Position numbers and translations under genes: made by a program. The notes beneath the pieces were generated by a model that saw only the letters and a program-made list of their open reading frames with translations, was not told where the DNA came from and made no database searches. Source: Octopus sinensis (Eukaryota). From it: DNA of 64,000 nucleotides. Within the stretch, counting starts at the first letter, position 1. Every line of letters starts with the position of its first letter. Location of the stretch: contig NC_043006.1 in assembly GCF_006345805.1 (NCBI RefSeq), positions 18,538,001 to 18,602,000 of the forward strand, in the 5' to 3' direction. This document shows, piece after piece, positions 54,472-64,000 of the stretch.

Positions 54472-55620
54472 TTGAGAGGTGGTCGAACAGACCCTTCTAC
54501 TTTCAAGCTTCTCTTGAATTTAGGACAGAGACCCCAATTTGCAACATATCTAAAACACCAGAAAAGGTCAAGGTCTTGCAGCAGACGTGCTTGATTGTCT
54601 GGGATCGCATCATGTCTCATTGTGGAGCACTTGAAGCTGTTGACCGTAGCCTAAGAGATTTGAGAGGAAAGGACATTCTCATGGGTAGTGTCACTGTAGT
54701 TTTGGCTGGGGATTTCAGACAAACCCTTCCTGTGAGGCAAAAAAGTACAAAAGCAGATTAACTACAGGCCTGCCTCAAGCAATCCTATCTGTGGAGGCAA
54801 GTAACCAAACTGCACCTGACAGTTAACATGAGGCTAAATTATTTGGTAATCAAACTGCCGAGCTGTTTTCACATTTTTGAACATAGGGAATGGACAAGTA
54901 CCTTATGTCCACCAAATACAGCAACACAAGATACCCTGTGGTGAGATGGTACCAGTTGTCAATGATCTCAAAATGCATGTTTCCAAACATTGCACGGAAC
55001 TTTAGCAACAGTCAATGGGTACGTGAGCGAACCATCTTAGCTCCACATAATGTTGTCGAAAAAAATCAATTGGGATCTCTTTCAGCTGTTGCCAGGACAT
55101 AAACAGTCTTTCAAATCCATCGACATTGTCACTGATCAGAACCAAACCAAGCTGTAGTTTTTCCAACTGAGTTCCAGAACTCTTTACAGCCATCAAAGAT
55201 GCCACCGCACAACGTAACACTTAAAAACGGAGCGCCAAACATGCTACTCAGGAATTTGGGTCCACCTCACCTGTGCAATCGCACCAGACTAGTGGTGAAA
55301 GCGACTCAACCCCATATCCCTAAGGCAGCAATTATCACTGAGAAAGATAAGGGTGAGGATGTCTTTATTCCATGGATCCCGTTAATTCCATCTGACCTCC
55401 CCTATGAATATAAACGGCTCCAAGTTTTGCTATGTCGATTGACAAATCTCAAGAACGATGTCTCAAGGTTGTTGGATTTAACCTTGCTTCTCCTTGCTTC
55501 TCTCGTGGGCAATTATATTTGGGATGTTCGCGAGTTGGAAGTCCCAAAGCTGTTTTTATTTGTACCCCAATTAAAGGACACACTGAAAAGATTGTATATT
55601 GAGGAGTTCTACAAAATTAA
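54472..55620 (+). pseudogene. Helitron PIF1-type helicase relic
   Basis: GGRT.PSTFKL, TPICNISK, LIVWD, LEAVDRSLRDL, VVLAGDFRQTLPV, LTVNMR, MPPHNVTLK.GAP.MLLRNL, LCN.TRLVV, VFIPWIPLIPSDLP, FAMSIDKSQ, FSRGQLYLGCSRVG; many frameshifts. Confidence 0.9.
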
Positions 55621-55899
55621 ACGGTGAATTGATTTCAGGATTCGTTTCAATACCTTTGTTTATAATCACGTTATCTGATAGAAATTTCTCAACGTATATA
55701 TTTATACAGCTCTATATTTAAGAGATGAGGAATTATATACATATAATGCATATATGGGTAAGTAATCAACTGTGTAAACAACATGAAATACGAAAACAAA
55801 CAAGTTACATTCGCAAACAACGAGAGAAAAAATGGAAAACAGGACAAGTGAATATACAGAACAACCCCTCATCAGTTGTTTGCTGTCTATCTACTCTTC

Positions 55900-56030
55900 A
55901 TTTCGAACCTTCAGTGACGATATGATCTTCAAAGACAGTTGCTGCCATAAATTCTAAAAAAAATTTAGATTTATGGAGGGTCAAAGCTGGGAAGGAAAAC
56001 AGGACAGTGGAGACATACAAGGAAACCGAA
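55900..56030. repeat. Dispersed repeat, second copy at about 57516-57650
   Basis: Shared ttcaaagacagttgct.ccataaattctaaaa...ggagggtcaaagctgggaag.aaaacaggacagtgga...tacaaggaaaccga. Confidence 0.75.
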
Positions 56031-56426
56031 CGAAAACAAACATGGACGCTTCGTTAGACTAGAACGAGAGGAAAACAGTGAATGCTTGGAAATATTTTCT
56101 TTGGAAAGAGAAAAGATAGAATAGAGAGAAAGAAAACACGCAGTCCTTTGAAAGTCAGTGATGGAAAAGAATGATTGTCACTTGAGGAAAAGATAGAAGG
56201 ACGATGGTCACGTGAAAACAACGATAGAGAGAAAAAAGAGAGAGAAAGAGAGAGACAGATAGAAAACGGTGAAAGAGGGAGGGGGAGAAAAAGGGAATTA
56301 GAGAAAGACGGAGGAAGAAAAGAGTATAGAGTAGAGTCGCATGAAAAGGTTAAGGTAAACTTAGAAATGGATGCGTGGCATTCAATTAAATAAATATAAT
56401 ATTATATATATATATATAAAATATAA

Positions 56427-56828
56427 CGTGACGTATATTTGCCATTTAAATATGGCTATCCCCTAAGGGTGGATGCTACTGTAGTTTGTAGCCCCAGGGG
56501 GACACCTCCTCCAGCTGGCTATAGACACACTTTCTGTGCCCTATCAGTATTTGCAAAAGGAAGCCATCCTTCCCGTCTTCAACTTATGATACACACGGAC
56601 TCGAGTTTCTGGGTCTTGACCCGTCATCGGCGTGTGGCAATCACAGTTGTTGATGATGATGACGAGTCAATACCCAGAAACTCGAGTCCATGTGCATCAT
56701 AAGTTGAAGACGGGAAGGATGGCTTCCCTTTGCAAATACTGATAGGGCACAGAAAGTGTGTCTATAGCCAGCTGGAGGAGGTGTTTTCCTGGGGCTACAA
56801 ACTACAGTAGCATCAAATATACGTCACG
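56427..56828. mobile_element. Fold-back/MITE-like hairpin element
   Basis: Arms 56472-56614 and 56672-56814 (about 143 bp, few mismatches) plus an outer 14-bp IR cgtgacgtatattt/aaatatacgtcacg; the left arm carries a 31-nt insert. Confidence 0.85.
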
Positions 56829-57205
56829 ATGTGTTGTAGCTACTGTTTATAACTCGCTCTGAGATTTATTATTGCTATAAAATATAAATTAGAGATAAAA
56901 CCACTATTATGCAACTCAAACAGCGATAGACATAAACCAATACATAAATAACAAATAATATATACTTATTACTTATTATATATTGATCAATCACTTTTAT
57001 ACTTTTTGAGATCTAGTTATATGTTTTATAAAAATATATATTATTTGTGATTTATGTTTTAGTTTATGTCTATCACTGTTTGAGTTGCAAAATAGTGGTT
57101 TTATCTCTAATGTATATTTTATATATTTATATTGTGAAATTTGATTTATTACTAATTGAATTTTTTCCTGTAAGATTGAAGTTATACTCCCTAATACTAT
57201 TATTA

Positions 57206-57472
<267 letters not shown>

Positions 57473-57689
57473 CTATACGCACATATATATATGAGTACAG
57501 GACGTCACCATCTCCTCATTTCGAGCATCCAACGACAATATGAGTTTTCAAAGACAGTTGCTCCCATAAATTCTAAAATAAAATTTTGGATTTAAGGAGG
57601 GTCAAAGCTGGGAAGAAAAACAGGACAGTGGAATATACAAGGAAACCGAGCAGCTGTCTTTGAAGACTCATTGTCATCGAACGCTCGAA

Positions 57690-58047
57690 ATGACAACGGA
57701 CAACGGACAACGGACAACGGACGTGTCAGCTGACAACGGACGAAGTGTTTACTTGTCCTGTTCTCTATCTTTTTTCTCTTGTTTTTTTTTTGCGTATTTA
57801 ACTCGTTTGTTTTCGTATTTCATATTGTTTACACAGTTGGTGAGGTCTTGTACCCATGTGACCGCGTGTGTACGGTTGTCGATTTTTTTCCTTCTCTGGA
57901 TCTTTCCTTCTCCTATGTTTCCGACGAAGAGCTCCGCTCGAAACGTTAAACCCTACTTCTTTCCTTCTTTACTGAGCGTCCAATAATACTATATTTGTTC
58001 CACGTCCTCGCGTTGTTGTGTTTTTTTGTGCGTTCTTGTTTGGATTA

Positions 58048-58050
<3 letters not shown>
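57690..58050 (+). mobile_element. Short non-coding Penelope-like terminal-repeat-derived element with a minimal hammerhead
   Basis: Begins with (acaacgg)n, T-rich body, hammerhead at 57917-57951, 3' part shared with 4011-4109, ends in (TA)n. Confidence 0.6.
57917..57951 (+). ncRNA. Minimal type I hammerhead-like motif (variant core)
   Basis: gttt CCGACGA a GAGC-tcc-GCTC GAAA CGT T|aaac: stem I gttt/aaac, palindromic stem III ACGT. The core has U4C and one extra A. Confidence 0.55.
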
Positions 58051-58103
<53 letters not shown>

Positions 58104-58249
58104 ATATATATTATATATATATATATATAATTTTAACAATTAAGGATAAAATCTTAAGAAATTTTAACAAGAAATTATCAGGTAGTTAGCGTGAAAAACC
58201 TCATAAGAGAAAAAATCTGAAAATTTTTTCACTTGAAAATATTTATTTA

Positions 58250-58420
58250 TATTATATAGAGGGCATTATTACACATAAATGCCAGAATTTAGAATTCTGT
58301 TTTTAAATGTGTTGCTTCGAGATCTGCATTCGGTACGATTCGTTTATTTTTGGTAGTAATGACTTTGAAAGCCCCTCCTAGCGTGTGGCATTTATGTGTA
58401 ATAATGCCCTCTATATAATA
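58250..58420. repeat. 35-bp perfect inverted repeat with 101-nt spacer, abutting (TA)n
   Basis: tattatatagagggcattattacacataaatgcca (58250-58284) and its reverse complement (58386-58420). Confidence 0.9.
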
Positions 58421-58429
58421 TATATATAT

Positions 58430-58470
<41 letters not shown>

Positions 58471-59639
58471 TATATATATATATATATATATACATAATAA
58501 TCTTGTTTTTAATTCACTTTCCCTTTTGTTACTCTCCTTCTCCTCAGCTATGTATTCCTTCCTGACATACATACAGCGCACAAAGAACAAACATACGGCG
58601 TTTTTTCATGGCTTTAGATCATTGCAAATGAAGCATGGGGATAAACCGATATAAAGGACAGAATGCCTCAATAAATATATCTAGTGGAAATAATTTTACT
58701 TCGCTTCAACTTTCTCGTTTATCCGACAGCAAGTATCGTTAAATGATAAAATAGTTATCTGTAATTCATCATTCTATCTTAGTGAAACTACCTCATAATT
58801 CACTGCGTTGTAGTACCTTCATGCAGAACCTCGCTCTTTTTTTTTTTTCTGCATTAGTTTTGTTGTTACAGATTCAAATGCGTGGTTTTTATTCATCTTA
58901 GCAAAGCCTATCTTTTGCCGTGTTAAAACATCCGGAAAAAATGGATTCATCGCTATAATTCAGCGAAGCACTCGCTGCTTCTTCTGTGATGAGATGTAGC
59001 TTTATAAAAGTATTGACCGCTTGACTAACTAAACAGAAAATTTACTGCAAGCGTCAATATCGAACGTTAACAATAGTTTTAACCGAAATATTAAGTTTTA
59101 TCTTTACGTATATTCGTACAAATGCCAGTAAGAAGGATATGAATCTTACCAATAAGCATGCGTATTGTTTAAAATCCTATATACACTTAATCCTTTCTTA
59201 ACACATTTTCATCAAGAATTTCAATCTGTACCAGTCATATAGAAAAGACACAACCATGAAATAAAGACAAAATGTCAGCCTTCTAACTTAGTTAACGAGA
59301 TTATCAAATAACTCAGAAATATTATTTTTAGTCATTAAATTATTCGTCATAGCCACAGGAGAAAAAAATAAATGAAGATGATAATTATTAACACTCTACA
59401 ATATTCGTGTCTGGTATATAGATGATGATTACGTTAAATCTCTATTGAAACTGAACAAAACGACATTTCATAGTTCCAAGCGCAACAACTGTTATTTCCG
59501 TCACGTTTTTCTATGCCACTTTAATGTTAAACAACCGAATAGAACATAGAAAACGTAAAACAAAAGATATTTACGAATATATTTTATTGCTGTTTCAAAA
59601 ACAACGACAGAGGTACACAAAAACATACAAACAGACACA

Positions 59640-59708
59640 CATACATATATATTACTCACACATATATCCCCAGTATATACACAAACACATATAAATATTC
59701 ATATATAT

Positions 59709-59758
<50 letters not shown>

Positions 59759-60046
59759 TTATATATATATATATATACATACATATATAATATACATATA
59801 TACATATATATATACATATATACATATATATATATACATATATATATATACATGTATATATATACATATATATATATATCATATACATATATACATATAT
59901 GTAAGTATATATACATGTATATATGTATAAAACATAATATACATAGCATACATGTATATATATAATAAATATACATTTGTACGTATGTATACACATATAT
60001 ATATATGATATTTATTTATGTATATATATATACATATATATGTGTG

Positions 60047-60117
<71 letters not shown>

Positions 60118-60684
60118 TATATATATAACATATATGTGTGTGCGTGCGTGCGTGTGACTCTGTGTGCGCGTGTGTCAGTGAGTGCGTGTGTGTGTGCGTG
60201 TCAGTGTATTCAGACAAAATAACTTTAATGCAGATTAAACACATTTCGTAAATTTTCATGATATTTATTGACCATTTGCTTTGTTTTGTTTTGTTTTGTT
60301 TTGTTTTGTTTTGTTTTGTCACTTTGCCGTTTCTCTTTATGGTTGCTGTTGGGAAATTGCGACACATTGGTAATATGTAACGCCACATATTAATACACAC
60401 ACACACACACACACACACATGTACACAAACATGCACAGACTCATGCAAACATACACAAACGTGCGTGAGTACGCACAGGCAAACACACACACACGCACAC
60501 ACACACGCACACACACACGCACACACACACACACACACATAATTTCTACTTCATATTTCTCGTTTCTCTCATTCTCTCCCTTTCCCCCTCACTCACTGAC
60601 TTTCTCTATCAGTGGCATCATGCACACATACACACATATATACATATATACGTTGCACACACATACCTGTATACAAACATATAC

Positions 60685-60716
<32 letters not shown>

Positions 60717-60883
60717 GTGTACAAACACATGTATATATGTTTATATGTATATATATATATATACATTTTATTTTTATACATACATGCATATATATATATA
60801 TATATATATACGCAAATACAAACACACGTATATATATGTGTGTGTGTGTGTGTGTGAGTGTATATATATATATACATATATAT

Positions 60884-60947
<64 letters not shown>

Positions 60948-60965
60948 ATATGTATGTATGTATCT
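59640..60965 (+). repeat. Degenerate (TA)n/(CA)n/(TG)n low-complexity region
   Basis: Direct reading. Confidence 0.9.
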
Positions 60966-61395
60966 ATTGCATAAATTACTTGTACATACAAGTGAATTAA
61001 ATATTTCGTTACTATTTCACGCAATTTATAAAACAACCTATTTTATAACATAGAAAATATTTTATAATCTTCTATAATCTAATCAAACAGAAATAAAAGC
61101 GAGATTGTTTTGTTTAATACCTTGAACCATTCAAGCCTCATTTGACGTTGTTTGATTTTCTTTTGTCTTTGTTGTAGTTGATTTTGTTTCGCTTTGTATT
61201 TCTTGACATTTTTATAGGACTTGTGTTGATTGTGGTTTTGAATAAATATTCTGTTGCTATTGTTTTCATTACAACACACACGCCATTTTGTTCCGGGACT
61301 TCTAAAGGGCTTTCGTGTTTATAGGCTTACTCCTTCCCTTTTTCTTCGCGTATGCTGAGGATTATGTTTAATATTGAACAACTTTGCTTTTGTTA

Positions 61396-61396
61396 A

Positions 61397-61441
<45 letters not shown>

Positions 61442-61466
61442 GCTGTTACTGCTGCTGCTGCTGCTG

Positions 61467-61529
<63 letters not shown>

Positions 61530-61555
61530 ATAACAACAACAACAACAATAATGAT

Positions 61556-61591
<36 letters not shown>

Positions 61592-61645
61592 TATTATTAT
61601 TATTATTATTATAATAATTATAATAATAATAATAATAATAATAAT

Positions 61646-61687
<42 letters not shown>

Positions 61688-61936
61688 CAGCATAATCCTT
61701 TGTATTATAGGCACGAGGACTGAGATTTTGAGTGAAGGGGCTAGTCGATTACAGCGACTCCAGTATCAAACTGCTACTTATTTTATTGACCCCGAGGGGA
61801 TGAAATTAATGTCGACTTCCGCAGAATTTGAACACAGAGCATTTAAACGGACGAAATGCCGCTAAGCATTTTTCCAGTGTACTAACGATTCTACCAGCTC
61901 ACCGCTTTATAATAATGATGATGATGATGATGCTGA

Positions 61937-61967
<31 letters not shown>

Positions 61968-61992
61968 GTTGATAATATTAATAATGATGATG

Positions 61993-62029
<37 letters not shown>

Positions 62030-62051
62030 CAACAACAACAACAACAACAAC

Positions 62052-62083
<32 letters not shown>

Positions 62084-62232
62084 TAATAATAATAATGATA
62101 ATAATGATAATAATAACAATTATTGTATTAATTGAGATAATATCTGTAATAATTGTAATAATGTTGATGACAATGATGATGATGATGAAAGGATTAGGAG
62201 GAGGAAGGGATGATGATGATGATGATGATGAT
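61396..62232 (+). repeat. Compound trinucleotide tracts (CTA/CTG/AAT/AAC/GAT) split by a SINE
   Basis: Direct reading. Confidence 0.92.
61739..61904 (-). mobile_element. Family C SINE, older partial copy; further pieces at 62409-62450 and 62661-62790
   Basis: ttattgaccccg...gaatttgaac...gctaagcattt...ctaacgattctaccagctcaccgc. Confidence 0.75.
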
Positions 62233-63187
62233 AACGACGCTAATTTCTTTTAGTGGCAACCAGTACACAAAACGTTGAGGACAAGATCAAAGAACGAAAA
62301 TATAGCTCATAAAAGGTGAGATTTTTATTGTTCAAAAGGAACTGCACAACAATGAAAATATAACAGACAATAGCAAAATGTGTAAAAATGGAATTTTAAA
62401 AAATAACTATTTCTTTACTACCCCCAAGGGGCTAAACAGAGAGAGGACAAACAAAAATTTTAAAAAATAACGAAGAAGAAAACATTTCTCAATAGCCTAG
62501 CAGTTCACCTAGGATAACTCGAAAGAAAGCTTATACGAAAATTTTCCCTTTTTATATGCTGTCTCCCAGGCTCTGTATTACTATTTAGAGAAATATATTT
62601 AGGGTAGATCCATGTCAATTCACCGGTCTTAACACTGTTTCTGATTAATTATCATCGTCCCTAGTGCTCAACTGGTACTTATTTTATCGACCTCTAAAGA
62701 ATGAAAGACCAGGTAGACCTCGGTGGAATTTGAACTCATGACGGTAAAGACAAACGAAATGCTGCTAAGCATTTTGTTCGGCGCGCTAACTCTTCTACTC
62801 ATCCAGCCCTCAAAGATATCTGCTTTGTTGGAATTTTTATCACATTCCAGAAAGCGAGTTTTCTATTATATTAATAGATTTATGTAGGTTTGTGTTCCAG
62901 ATTTTCTCTATTTTTCTTTTTGTCAAGTTGACTTGTGTAAGTATGAGGTCCTGGTGAGTTTTATCAGTGTACGTTGATTATTGTTCGGTTTATTTATAAA
63001 TATCGATTTTAGTGTCGTGCATAGAGTGTTTAAATCTCTACTAATTTGTTCCTGTTTTAAAAGGGATTTGTTGTAAGTGTCGTGGAGAAGGGGTTGCTGT
63101 TCCTTGTTGGTTTTGTTAGTGAACATTGAGTTGAGAGTTGTGCATAAAAGCTGTAAGTCTTTACTGACCTGATCTGCACAGTGAGAT

Positions 63188-63599
63188 ACTCTTTTACTCT
63201 TTTACTCTTTTACTTGTTTCAGTCATTTGACTGCGGCCATGCTGGAGCACCGCCTTTAGTCGAGCAAATCGACCCCGGGACTTATTCTTTTGTAAGCCCA
63301 GTACTTATTCTATCGGTCTCTTTTGCCGAACCGCTAAGTTACAGGGACGTAAACGCACTAGCACCGGTTGTCAAGCAATGCTAGGGGGACAAACACAGAC
63401 ACACAAACACACACATGCATTTATATATATATATACGACGGGCTTCTTTTCAGTTTCCGTCTACCAAATCCACTCACAAGGCATTGGTCGGCCCGGGGCT
63501 ATAGCAGAAGACACTTGCCCAAGATGCCACGCAGTGGGACTGAACCCGGAACCATGTGGTTGGTTAGCAAGCTACTTACCACACAGCCACTCCTGCGCC
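63188..63599 (-). mobile_element. Family B SINE
   Basis: Full reverse copy. Confidence 0.93.
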
Positions 63600-64000
63600 T
63601 ATGTTTTTTAACTGTTTTTCCTCTCACGGACGAGAAGGTTTGAATCCTCGATATTGCTGTTTAAGGTAATGAGATGTGATCTGATATTTTTGAGTTATTT
63701 AAGGATGTCCTCGTTTGTAATTTTATCCAATGTGTTTGTTTTCTGTGGCATTTTCGGCCTCACGTGTTTTAATATAAGTGGGAGAGAGAGAGTTGGTATC
63801 TGAAAGCACGTGGTCGGATGTATAAAAAAAACACAGATGTTAGGAAAATGATATAAAATTTTGTGTATAGTGACATTGTTTTTGGAGAAATAACCGGTTT
63901 CGCATTTTCTTTTCAAATTTCTAAAATTTCTATAACGATGTTGTGTCATCAATTCGTCATGCTGTGATGTAGAAGAGTTCGAAACAGGGGAAGGTAATCA

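Noticed and set aside
61319-62253. Poly-Ile/Leu/Met/Ser ORFs
   Set aside because: Translations of compound trinucleotide microsatellites.

Overview
AT-rich, repeat-saturated animal genomic DNA (intergenic or deep intronic). The SINE families and huge (TA)n/(CATA)n/(ATCT)n tracts are what I would expect from an octopus-type cephalopod genome; this is inferred from repeat content, not from a search. I cannot support any host protein-coding gene. Recognisable content: a CR1-group LINE ORF2 (APE+RT, frameshifted); two head-to-tail R4/Dong-like RLE-LINE fragments embedded in (CATA)n; a 5'-truncated Penelope-like element (RT + GIY-YIG); an apparent ORF1(gag)-only L1/Tx1-like element inserted with a TSD into a SINE head; Helitron pieces (PIF1 helicase relic, a 301-bp non-autonomous copy, one 3' end); mariner and possible hAT-like transposase relics; a TIR MITE; about 30 SINE copies or fragments in four families; several fold-back palindromes; and a 1.9-kb tandem duplication that looks like an assembly artefact. 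The most interesting signals are three type I hammerhead-ribozyme motifs in short microsatellite-embedded cassettes (two of them in inverted-repeat cassettes; one related copy starts at the predicted cleavage site), the (CATA)n association of the R4/Dong-like LINEs, and the gag-only element.
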